A DNA stretch of 64,000 nt from contig NC_045696.1 in assembly GCF_009834535.1 (NCBI RefSeq), positions 50,346,001 through 50,410,000 on the forward strand. Reading direction: 5' to 3'. The stretch comes from Camelus ferus. Lineage: Eukaryota. The first letter of the stretch is position 1, and the number at the start of each line of letters is the position of its first letter. Position numbers and translations under genes: made by a program. Of the stretch, positions 1 to 11,200 are shown piece by piece. The notes under the pieces are model-generated. The model did not search any database. It had not been told where the DNA came from and saw only the letters and a program-made list of their open reading frames with translations.

Positions 1-1134
1 CTGGGATTATCTGATTTTATGTGAATATTCTCTTGTCCTTGACAAGGCTATTTCACAACTCTGTAAACTGGAGAAACTAAGAGCAATGCAGATAATTCTT
101 CTCTATAGATACACAAATGAATTATATATAATAGATATAATTTATTTCTTCTCTATAGGAAAGATAATTTCAAACTATATTTTATTGCCATATAGATATT
201 AAATAGTTGTATAGTTTTACATATAACACATCAATTGCTGTATTATGTATATTTATATAAATATAAATACATCCATTGGTATTGCTGATTACCTAGATGT
301 GTGTCTGTTCTCCAGAGTTTCCTTTGAATCAGTTTTAACATCTTGCTGATTTCTTCATTAATTTAATTAAATTAAATCTTTGACATGTGTTCATTTTATA
401 TCTGCATGAGAGTGATGATTTTATCTTTCAAAAATTAAATTGCAACAGCTGTGAAATCACCTAATAGCTGAGAACTAACTGCCTAGAAAATGTACCAGAA
501 GCTGATACTCTTTAGACAGTATTTCTCAAAGTGTCCTCAACCTAACATAAGTTCTGCGAGTGTTAATAAATGTTCCCTGAAAAAAATGGTTTCATTTTAA
601 AATAATTTCAAGGAAGTTTTTTATTCACAGGCCCTCTCACAGGGATAGTATTTCATGTAAAACATTTTAGAAAATTCTATTCCAGATTATTGGATTTTGT
701 CACATTGTAAACTAACCAGGAGCCAAGACTCTCATAAAATTATAATGTTCATGTCAAAACAAAAACTCATGTTCTCCATTCCTTTGCCTCAATTTACCCA
801 AATTCAAAATGCTCTTGAATGTGTTTAAGTAAAACCTGCTTGCAGTCAGGAAGGCTGTAGGTATGTATGTGTATCTCAGAAGTGGGGCCATCTCTGATTT
901 TCACTTGATCTGATTTTCTTTTTTTTTTTTTAGAGATGCAAGAGATGGAGGTTGGACTTAGAGTGCCAAACCATTGATTTACAAGAGATCACCTGTGACG
1001 CAAAAACTCTTGTTTGTTATCCAAACTTCCACCATACCGGTAACAGAGGGCCTGTAGCTAGTAGGTAGATAACTCCTTGGTGACTACAAATCAGAGGAAG
1101 ATGAGGTATGCTGTCTTTCAGATCAAGTAAAATA

Positions 1135-1335
1135 ATAAACGTTATTGGATGATTACCATTTGCTAGGCTATGTGCTGAACATCGTGCATAACCTCATTTA
1201 TTATCTAAACTAGTACTATCTTTATCTTACTAAAAAAAAACCCAGATCGTGGCACCAGTGAATCACTTGTTCAAAGTCATGTGACATGTGAGTGGCTGAG
1301 CTGGGACTGAGGCCCACACAGATCAGGCATCATGA
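1135..1335 (-). mobile_element. MIR SINE, degenerate
   Basis: MIR-like segments (ttaccatttgctaggctatgtgctg...cacttgttcaaagtcatgtgacatgtgagtggctgagctgggact); recalled consensus similarity. Confidence 0.6.
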
Positions 1336-1339
1336 CACA

Positions 1340-1639
1340 CAGATCTCTAATCCCTTAGCTGATTGGGGCCAGATGTAGTTCGGATTTCACAATTTTTAAG
1401 ATTTTAGAGAAGTAAACAGTTCATTTACTGTATGTGACAACAGCCCTAGCGGGGTTGAGGAGTATCTCATGATCAAACACGTGAATGTATCTATAACACA
1501 ACATAAAAATATTCACACTGAGATAAAAGGAGGCTATAAATTGTTCAGGCCACGTTTTGTTGCCAAAGGAGTGGCAAAACATCTTCTGTTTCCAGAGATG
1601 TTTGGATTTTGGAACGGTTCCTGCAGGATTCTGGACCTG
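1340..1639. mobile_element. TcMar-Tigger-type non-autonomous DNA transposon (MER46C-like)
   Basis: Degenerate terminal inverted repeats (cagatctctaatccctta... / ...ggattctggacctg) and an internal gggccagatgtagttcggattt motif resembling MER46C; family named from memory. Confidence 0.5.
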
Positions 1640-3249
1640 ACTTCCCTTCAAGTGCCCAGCTCTGTTCACTAAATTTGGTATCTCTCACTTTCCTGGATAG
1701 TGCTGGCAGAATACTGCTGATTCTTACCCTTTTATTTTAGATTTTGCGAGCCACCAGGCTTCTAAAACCAGGTTCCTTTTTCAGTCATGGCAAAATGCAG
1801 TTCGCCTGGAAGGGGCGCTCCAGGCCTCTGGTTTCATTCCCCTACTCCTCACCACTTCCCCACACCCCACTGCAAACACATCAAGGCACATCAAAAAGGA
1901 CTTTTATTGAGCCACGATACTAAGGCTGTGGTCTCTTTTTCCCAGTATTTTCTTTCTTGGGATTCTGTCTTGTCTCTGCACACTCGGTACAATAGATGAC
2001 CAGGAGTGGCTCCTGCCTGTGTGCCTGCCTGGGAGAGGGTGGAATGTGGTGTTTAAATAGATCAGTGTCCCATAGCCCTTAAGGAGATGCAGACCCGCCC
2101 TCGCTTTTTCTTGGCAGGCTCTTGTACTGCCTTTCCTTGCCGTCAGTGTGGTATACTTGAGAAGACAGAGGAGCCTAGGAGAAAATGGGTAAAACCGGCC
2201 TTCACTAAACCAGCTTACCACACTGGAATTTGAGACAGAAGTTCACAGAAACAAGCGTATGTGTTCTGGTCTTATCCTTAATGCTTATTTCCCATATGAA
2301 CTTTAGAGGGAGGTGACCATAGTGAGACTGGTCAGCTAGGTCCCTGGACAAACTCTATCCCCTTCTCATTTAAACACAATTTCTGAATATATTTGTCTAG
2401 ATGTGGGCTTTCTTAGTTTCAGTCATATTCCAGGCCTGCTCCCTTCTGTTTACACCTTGAGTTTGGGTGCTTTTATATTGTCTCAGGCTCACATTTATAG
2501 GAATTTTTGGGATTATTTCTGAAGATAGCTCATTGCATCCATTTAAGTGTTATATTTCACCAGTTTAGCTCTCAAAGGGTGACTGTGCACCCAGACCTGA
2601 TATTCAAAACCCTGAACAACTAGAATGGCATAGGCACCAGCCAATCAGAATAGACAACTACAAACCACAATAAGTGCTGAGCTGATCCACTCTGGCTGAG
2701 CCTCAGCCTGGCTGGCCCATGTCTAAGAAACCAGCCTATGAGTTTAGTTCCTACCCTCTATTTGGTTCACTTGTAAACTATGTCTTCACGTAACAGCCTT
2801 CATCGAAGGGCACTCAGAAAATTTCTAAGGCAGTAAAACCATTCTAATACACGCTGCAGCGGGAAGAAACAAACAACAAACGAATGATAGTGCTAATTAT
2901 CCTTCCCGCCCACTCACGTATCCTAAGAAAACATCTCTATTCTACTGGAAGCTGACACCTTTATCTGAAAGGCAGTATGTGGCCTCTAAGAATCCGCTTT
3001 TACTTCTAGAAGGACAGCTCCCAAGAGACTGCATCAAGCCTTCAGCTCACAACGAATTGCTGCTTTCACCTTGTAAATTATTCACTCTACAAAGCTCCAA
3101 AAGTATACTTCCTAAACTTATTTCCTATCACCGTTACCGGCCCTCCCAAGTTGGTCCCCCAACAAGGGATGCAGAAGAAGCCCTGTGTCCTTCTCATCAA
3201 TAGGATGAGACTGAGTTTGGTTTAGAAGCAAAGAAAACCTCCATTTTTT

Positions 3250-3600
3250 AGACGGAGAATGGAGAGCCCTGAACTCCGGTTCTAGAGTCGAGGCTCTCCC
3301 CGTAGGCTGTGGGCGGGGCTGCTTTACCGGGATCTGGTGGGAGGGGTGGGGGGGAGGGGTGGGGGGGGCGGGGTGGGTGGAGCTCTTCGGGGGCGGGCGC
3401 AGGCGTGCTGCTCACGCTCCAGGTCGCCGCACCGCTGCGGACAGCGTCTCCGCCCACCACCCGCAGCAGCCATCTTGGGCTGAGCGTGGTCCACAACGCT
3501 GTGTACCTGGTCGCTGAGAGGCAGTGTCGGTGCAGCAGGTTTTGCATAAGGAGCTCTGGTCTGAAGCGTGGGGTGCGAGGCTTCTGCACGGGATACCCTA
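3250..3600. promoter_or_regulatory. Small CpG-island-like, promoter-like region overlapping the ERV 3' LTR and its flank
   Basis: About 26 CpG in 350 bp (hand count) in an otherwise CpG-poor window. It has GC boxes (GGGCGG), an NRF1-like GCGCAGGCG near 3397-3405 and a YY1-like GCCATCTT at 3469-3476. Confidence 0.6.
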
Positions 3601-3714
3601 TGAACAAGTGAAGCTAGACAAGCCAAGGATAAGGAACAAAAAGGTTAGACTTTATTTCATTACCTAGATTCTGTTTTTATTCCTCACGAATTGTAATGGG
3701 CTTTGCCCATGTCA
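3406..3714 (-). repeat. ERV 3' LTR
   Basis: Starts TGACATGGGCAAAGCCC right after the polypurine tract AGAGGAGGGG and ends ...GAGCAGCA. About 79% identical to the 5' LTR over an 80-bp block aligned by hand. Confidence 0.85.
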
Positions 3715-3726
3715 AACCCCTCCTCT

Positions 3727-4270
3727 GTCTTTTGTCCTGCTCCTCATTCTTGAGGGGTACTGGGAGGTCTGTCTCCCATAACTGATTTGTGCCGAGTCTG
3801 GGCTTCGTCATAACCCCGGGTGGAGGAGCAGAACTTCTCCCAGCTGCCTTTAGATGTGTTGGATTGTCACCAGGCCTCAGCCCTGACTGTTCTTATCCGT
3901 GAGTGACTGTCATCTGGAGTCTTATAGATATGCATAGGGGCAAGAGAATAATAGTTATTACGGAGCCCAGGAAAGGTAAAAACAAAGTGATTCTGGAAAG
4001 TCCAGTTTTACCTGCTCCAAATTTGTGCAGCCGAATTAAGCTGAATAGCTTCAAGTTGAGGACAGTGTCGCTGGCCACCATTGCTACATTGGCTGTTACT
4101 TTTCTATGATGACAGTATTACATATGGTTCCCCATCCAAGGTCACTAGCACCCGCGAGTGCAAGGATCCTGCAGTTATTAGTCCTTTCCTGTTTCAGGTT
4201 GAGTGTGATAAATCCAACAGTCAGTGAAGTTCCATCCTTCCTGAATATCCCTTGGCACACTTCTGTAGTT
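3727..4270 (-). pseudogene. env: ERV env remnant (mostly deleted; TM helix and cytoplasmic tail)
   Basis: ORF 3893-4081 contains LFLPFLGSVITIILL followed by IRLQM, resembling gamma-type TM anchors and the I(K/R)LQM tail motif. Only about 0.5 kb lies between the end of pol and the PPT. Confidence 0.6.
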
Positions 4271-7200
4271 TTTTGGAAGAGAAGTTTCAGGTCAGAGAGA
4301 GGTTCACACAGGTAGTCAAGGGGGTCCATTGCCCCAGGTTGTCTCTTGGAGATGGGGGCTTGGGGGTCCTATTCACTCAAGTGTGATGTGCCCACGGAGT
4401 GATCCCATGAAACTGGAGGCCAGAATAGGTAGTTAGGATCACCAAACGGTGTCATTTCACTTAGTTGGTTCTGTGGGCTGCCAGTTTTCCAAGTTTTTAG
4501 GTTCACCCAGTTTCCTGCCCAGAAGGGGTGCAGGGCCAGGTCAGTGCAAGCAGCACCTGGTTACCATATTCTGTGAGGGCTTTCATTGTTTCTCCTACCT
4601 GGAGGGCATACTTAAGTTGTTTCATTTCAAGGGGGTTAAGATGCCCCTTCTCTCGGGCTTGGGGAATGGGTCTACCATCCATGACTTCAAATGTACTTTA
4701 ATTTATCTGTTGGAGCTAACCACATTCAGAGCAGGGCAATTGGGAGTAACAATCCAATATTCTTGAGTCTCCTGGCATAGTTTGGCTAAGGTTTATTTTA
4801 AGGTCTGATTGGATCTCTTTACTTTCCCTGATGACTGGGGTCTCTAGGCTGAGTGCAAAGTCTACTTTATGCCCAGGACACTTTGTTATCCCTTTTGTCA
4901 CTTGAGACACAAATGCTGGGCCATTATCATTTTGTAGGGATCCTGGGAGCTCAAACCTGGGTATTATTTCTTTTAATAATACTTTAGCCCCTTCAGCTGC
5001 TATTTTCAGTTCTAGCAGAGAATGCTTTTACTCACCCTGAAAATGTGTCTAGTAGCATCAAGAGACACCTGAAATTGCCCAGTGCTCTCAGTATGATGGT
5101 GAAACCAATCTGCCAGCCTTGCCCAGGGTATGTCTTTTGGTCTGAATGGGCCTTATCTGGGAGCCTCTGTGGGGTCTGGTGTGTTGGGGTTGTTCACCGT
5201 GCAGATGGGGCATGTCTCAACTATCCCACTGATTATACTTTTCATTCCAGGAGTTACCATGACCTCAACTAACCAGTTACATAGGGCTTTCCCCCTATAG
5301 TGAGTTCTTTGATGTGCCTCTCTGATGGCTTGACAAGCTGCAGTTTGGGGAAAGAAGTATTGCCCACGTTCATCAGCTAGTCTCCCGTGTCCTCCTAGAT
5401 CTCTACTGAAGCCCTATTTCTGGGCTTTGTCTAATTTTTCCTTTGTGTAGACTGGGGAGTAATGGGATGGATCTGCCCTACTTAGGTATGAGGGGTAATT
5501 GCCAAGTTACTCATTCTAGGGCCTCCTTTTTTGGCCCCTACATTGAATCACTACCACTTTTTCTTTTTTTTTTGGAAGCTGCACTGCTTCTAGGAGTTTC
5601 TATGTTTAAGCCATGTTTCACCTGCTTATTCTCTGTAGTAAGCATATCCCTTTCTTTCCAAATAGCCTCCTGTGCATTAAGATGGCATATACATACTGGG
5701 ACTCTGTGTAAACATTTGAGATCCTCCCTATCCTGAGCTTTAAGGCTCAGGTTAGAGCTATCAGCTCAGCCTTCTGGGAAGGAGTCCCTGGGGGTGGGTT
5801 TTGTGTTTCTATGACTTGGGTCTGGGAAGTTACTGTAAAGCCTACCAGCGTTTTTCCCTGTCACAAAACTGATCCATCTGTGAAGCATTCCTCTTCGGTG
5901 TTTGGGAGAAGCTCACTTCCTTGGTCAGGGCAACTGGAATAAATCATGTCTATGGTTTCTGTACAGTTGTGCTCTAGGGGCCCTGTTTCTGTGGGTAGCA
6001 GGGTGGCAGGATTTAGCAAGTGACAGATTTTTATGATAACCACTGGGTTGTCTAAAAGCATTGCCTGGACTTGAGTCGACCTTCCAGGGATAGCCATTCT
6101 CTTCTGTTAGATCTGACTAAAGCCAGAACCTGGTGTGGAGTCCATATAGAGGTTATCTGACCAAAAGTTAACTTTTCAGCCTCTTTCAGCAGAGCTGTAG
6201 TAGTTGCTACTGCCCGTAGGCAAGGAGACCATCCCTTAGCAGTTTGATTTAATTGTTTAGAGAAATAAGCAATCACCAGAGTAAGGGATCCCACTTTTTA
6301 ACTAGTACTCTTAAGGGCAAGTTCCCTTCTCTCATGAATGAAAAGATCAAGGGGTTTAGCTAAATCTGGGAGGGCCGAGGCAGGGTCCTGAAATAACTGC
6401 TTTTTCAATTTTTGGAAGGCTCCTTCACATTCTGAATTCCATTCAAAAGGATCATCATCCTTTCCTCACAACTTTTCATATAGAGGGACCATAGTTAGCT
6501 ATTAGACCGTAGTTAGGGATCCAGATGTGGCAACCCAGCCACCCCCAGGAAACCTCTTAGCTGTCTTCTAGTTTTAGAAAGGGCGAGGCTGCAAATGCAA
6601 ATATATTGTTTCCTTTCCCGGTGAAGGCTTCTCTGACCTTCTGTGAGAATAAAGCCTAGGTAGGTCACCCTAGTTTGTGATATTTTAGCTTCTTCCTTGG
6701 GCACCTTGCATCCTTTATGGGCTAGGTGGTTCAGGGTGGTTACAGTATTTTTGACAGAGACCTCCTTAGTAAGGATGGTGATCAGAATATTGTCTACCTA
6801 CTGGAGGAAGGTTCCCTCCTCCAGGGAAATTTGAACCCTTGGGACAGGACTGTCCAGCAGTATTGTTTTTATTGTGTGTTTGGGTCCTGTCACTCAAAAA
6901 TTTCTTGTAACTCCGGGGCTAATGGAATACAGAAGAAGACATCTTTTAAATCTAATACAGATTACCCGGTCCTAGTAGACAGTAGAGTGCCAAGCAGGGT
7001 GCAGGGATTAGGAACTACTTGATGTATATCCCAGGTGACTTCACTGACTACCCTGAGGTCCTGTACCATCCAGTATTCCCTATTGGGTTTCTTTATGGAA
7101 AGAATGGGGATATTATAGGCTGGTTTATATGGTTTAATAAGACCCTGGTCAGTTAGGCATGTATAACAGGGGACAGGGAAGGTACTATTTTCTGCTGGTC

Positions 7201-7671
7201 TATGTATGTCCAGATTTTAGATGGACTATCACAGGACTGGCTCCTACACCTCATTCGACCCATCCCTAGATCCAGGGAGGTCAACTTGCTCTGTCCAGGG
7301 AGGTTTGTCCTCAGCTATTAACATTATGATCTTGTATCCTTTTTCTAAGGTGATTCCAATCTTCAATTTGTCTCGTATTAGGTGGATAGTAGCCCCCAGT
7401 TTATGTAAGATATCTCTTCCCAGCAGGGTATAGGGCATACAGGAATGTATAGGAAGGAATGGGTAAGATTATGTTCATCCAGTTTGCATTCTAATGACTC
7501 TTTGAATGCCCATTCTTGGGCCTTCCCTGATACCCCCATAATTTTACAACTCTTGTGACCTAGTTTGCCTGATCTGGTGTCCAGAACCGAGTAAGTGGCA
7601 CCATTGTTAACTAAGAATTTGACAGACTTTTCTCCTGTGTCCAGTGTCAGTGGGGGCTCCTCAGGGGTCAA
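4270..7671 (-). pseudogene. pol: ERV pro-pol pseudogene (protease, RT, RNase H, integrase) with many stops and frameshifts
   Basis: Protease FLVNNGATYSVL (decayed DTGA) and LLGRDIL. RT segments VTYLGFIL and RQLRGFLG. Connection region IAYFSKQL...GWSPCLRAVA and LNPATLLP. RNase H FTDGS. Pol C-terminus DYLCEPLSDLKLLFQK. Confidence 0.93.
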
Positions 7672-7689
7672 TTAGAGTGTCGGCTTAGG

Positions 7690-7900
7690 AGGGCCCCTGG
7701 CCTCATCATTCTTCATCTGTTTGGACCATCTGTCTTCAAGGGTAGTGAATGGGATCTGCCGTTTCCATCCCCCTTTGCAGGTGGCGAGGGCATTCTGTCT
7801 TCCAGTGTCCCTCTTATTTACATATGGCTCACAGATTGGCTCCTCGTTTCCTTGGCTTGCTATTCCTTGGTGGGGGTTGGAGGTCACTCACTGGAGTTGA
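7690..7900 (-). pseudogene. gag: ERV gag remnant (nucleocapsid CCHC zinc knuckle only)
   Basis: The minus strand at about 7843-7788 translates GANL*AICK*EGHWKTECP, a decayed CX2CX4HX4C knuckle. Confidence 0.8.
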
Positions 7901-7924
7901 GAGTCTCTGTGGGTGGTTAGTCCA

Positions 7925-7955
7925 GATTCCTGTGCTGACTGGAAGGTGACAGCCA
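7925..7955 (-). promoter_or_regulatory. Retroviral primer-binding site, degenerate (possibly tRNA-Ser)
   Basis: TGG begins 2 nt after the LTR terminal CA: TGGCTGTCAC-CTTCCA-GTCAGCACAGGAATC. This resembles a tRNA-Ser PBS (TGGCGTCACGAACAGGAT, recalled) with an internal insertion. Confidence 0.5.
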
Positions 7956-7957
7956 GT

Positions 7958-8220
7958 TGCTGCTCACGGCACTCCAGATAGAAGTGCTGGGTGCAGCATT
8001 TTTGCACATGGTACACTTGCAATCTTGAACTGATGTGTCGTGTACAGCCATTTTGCTCAAGGAACTCTGTTCTGAAGTGGCAAGTGCAAGGCTTCTGCAC
8101 GTGGTACCCTATGAGTAGGTGGAACTAGACTAAGCACAAAGGGAAAAAAGAGTTTAGACTTCATTTTATCCAGATTTTATTTTTATTCCCTGGGAATTGT
8201 TAATGGGCTTTGCCAGTGCC
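7958..8220 (-). repeat. ERV 5' LTR
   Basis: Homologous to 3406-3714 (shared tgctgctcacg, aggcttctgcacg, taccctatga, taatgggctttgcc) and followed by the PBS. Only about 3 CpG. Confidence 0.85.
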
Positions 8221-11200
8221 TTAATCTGCTCAGCAGCAAAGACTACCAGAAGCCACAAATACACATTTCATTTAAACAGCTTTGAACTTTCTGCATTGTT
8301 AACTACCAAGCTGTCCTTTGTACAGGACCTATAGTGTCTAACTTGGGGGTAGTTTCTACGCATATCAGTCTGTGGCACCTTTTGAGAAAGTATGACACTC
8401 CACTGTGGCTCTATGAGACAACCTAAATAGCAGGAAAAAGAACTAAGACATGGGAGATGTGGCAAAGAATAGTGAGTAATAGCAAGAGAACAGAACTGGG
8501 AGAGAGGCTCCTTGGCCAGGAAGATGCGCCCAGAATTTCCTACCAGAAAGAGTTATCTGGTTCATTACAGTATTCAGGCATGGGGTTGGCTTCCAAGTCA
8601 GAAGCACAAAATATTAACATTAGAACAAACATTAATATAACTTCCTACTCCACAGAGAGCACAAAATCTTGCGACTTCATCTCAGTTTCAGTTAAATCCA
8701 TTAGAGGAGTTTTCCAATGAATCTGCATAAAACCTACTTTATAAAAATTGGTTTTATGGTCTCCTTGATTGGGACATTTCCAATGCATAAAACATGGGAT
8801 ATATGCCATTGGAAAAAATATCCCATTTATATTTTTCTAGACTAGAGAGAATGGAGTAGATAGTATGAAAACATTTTCTCCTCTGCCATCCTCTTTCCTT
8901 CAGGTGCTCATTTTTGGCTCACATTATTAGGTTCAAGGACAGTTCTGTACAGAAATTTTAAAATTCTAACTGCTATCAATTCCAGATCCGTTAACCCAGC
9001 ACTATTGAAAGTGTGTTCACACACTGTTGCTGACTTTTCCTTATCAGTTTGTGATAGTATTACACAGCAATTGAGCATAGCATTTAGAATTTTTTCCAGC
9101 AGTTTGTCACAATATTTTTAAATCTCTTGAAGCTAATCATAAAAAGGGGAGGGGTTTATATTTTGAGTATTCATCAATTAAGAAGTGAGAATTTAAAAGA
9201 ACTGACTGGTTTTTAGCCCCAGATAGTTTAAGAAGCACTATCCTGACTTGTCTTCCAATAGCCTATGCCATGATCTTAATCCATAATTATGTTATGATTA
9301 ACTCTGACCTTCCAATTAGCAATGCCTAGAGTACAAAATCAGGTACAATGTCCAATAAAAATAATCTGTTACCTAATATCAGTATAACAGTTTTTACTGT
9401 GCTATTACTTATTAGATCATTTTAATTTTTACAATCATATGAGATGGGAAAGAAAATATTATCTACATTTTATATGTAATTCTACTGAACTCAGAGATAG
9501 TGTGTCCTGTCTGAGATAACAAGCTGGACAAGGCCAGGAGAGAGCAGAAAGGCTATTTACTGTGTTAGTGACCATGAAGAAATTGCTTAATCTCTCTGAG
9601 GTTTACTTTCCTTATCTGAAGCAAGCAGGTAGTAATACTGACCTTGCAAGTTGAAGGCTTGATGAAAAAAAAGAAATGAGAAAATACAGTAATCACTTTA
9701 AAAATTGTATTATTTGTCCTTGTTAAAGGTCTGTTCACTAGAACTACAGATAAAACAATGGTATTTCACAAAAGTAGGAGTTTTTCCAGGGCCTGGCACA
9801 TAATAAATTTTCAACAAATATTAGTTGGATGAATGACAATGAATGAGCACAAATTTTTCCTTCTATGCTGAATGCTTTCTAACGCACATAGAATTTACCC
9901 AAGAGGAACATAATCTCACTGATTCTGTTCCCTGTTACTGTATCACTAAGGATCTCTTGGATTGTGTCCAACTATACATAGATTTTCAGATACTCAGATT
10001 AGAGATCTTCAGACTCATTTTAATTAAAGAATTCCTTTCTTCAAACAAAGTTTTACACATAGTTCCATTGTTTAAAAAAAGGACAAACAAAACAAAATAT
10101 ATCTGGGTGATGGAAACAAGGTGGTCAGTCCCTGACTCACTCAGCCTCTCCTGGGCCTCACAGTAGCCTCTGAAACACCTTCTTAGATCCCTAGGACACA
10201 GTCTGAGAACCACTTTCTTTCTAATAGTGGATACTGTGAACACTTGGCAGTAGAAACAAGTTTAACCAAAGTGAACAGAACTGACAAGAATTTAGTGAGT
10301 TAGAAAAAATAAAAGGCAAGTGTGCATATAGACTCTTAGGAGCATAACTACCTCTCCTGAAAAATCTTCAAGAAGTGATGACCAAAAATCAATTATTACA
10401 TTTACCTTTGAAAGTTCAACCTGTAGTGAGTTACCCATAACCTTCCATTGTTCCACTCAGTTACATTTTTTTACATGCTTTGAGAGAAATGCAAAATTTC
10501 CTGTTGGGTACTGTGGTTTTAGTTGTTTGGTTGATTTTGTGATCATCCAGGGCTAGCTTTCCTCATGTTCAAAAACAGGAAAACACAAGAAACCAATGAA
10601 GAAGTTACAAACATCTTGATAATCTTTGGACCTTTCAAGGTACAGGGCAAGACATTGGAGCCCCCCAGGAAATTTTCCGTGGCTACAGTGGTTGGTACTG
10701 CTTCAGGAGCCAGGGCAAATGAAGACTGAAAAGGCAGAGGCTCAAGAGCCCATCGACAATTCAGAGTGGGTTCCTATTCCCCATGGGTCAACTGTCAAGA
10801 TGAGGAGTTTTAGCTTTAGCCTTGCTGAGTTCATAGAGAAGATGGAGCATGTAATTTGTTCAGCAAAGTGCCAAAAGGTTGAAAGAATCGCAGCTTTTTG
10901 TTCTGACCTTCCTGGTCCAGTTCTCTTGTCTACGTGGCAACCAGATGCCGCTTATGTGCTGGTAACTAGTATGGTTTGAACCGCTACACCAAGGTACTGT
11001 CATTTCACTTGTCCTCCTCCGTATATCCTCCTGCCTTTCTTTTTTTTTAATTGAGAAAGAGTTAATATATGAATTGGAAGATTTTAATCTCACTCTAGAC
11101 ACTTTTGGGGGGATCCTGGAGAGAATGGAGGAGGAGGGTAGAAGGACACAAAATACCGTAAAGAATCTGAGAGGACATCTCTTCAGTGTCTGAGGTAGCA

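Larger units (their letters stand above)
3406..8220 (-). mobile_element. Defective class I (gammaretrovirus-like, ERV1) provirus with two LTRs
   Basis: Diverged direct repeats at 3406-3714 and about 7958-8220. TGG-starting PBS at 7955, PPT at 3717-3726, and gag-NC, protease, RT, RNase H, integrase and env-TM remnants in proviral order on the minus strand. Confidence 0.92.

Noticed and set aside
3727..4270. Possible syncytin-like domesticated env
   Set aside because: Only a short TM/tail remnant remains. No SU domain, furin site, CX6CC motif or long ORF is visible.
3400..8226. Target-site duplication for the provirus
   Set aside because: The flanks (ggcg on the left, ttaa or taat on the right) do not match and the outer terminus of the 5' LTR is degraded, so the 8220 boundary is approximate.
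10626..10979. 117-aa ORF, considered as a processed pseudogene or exon
   Set aside because: No recognisable protein in the frames examined, no poly-A tail with TSD, and no convincing splice pair.
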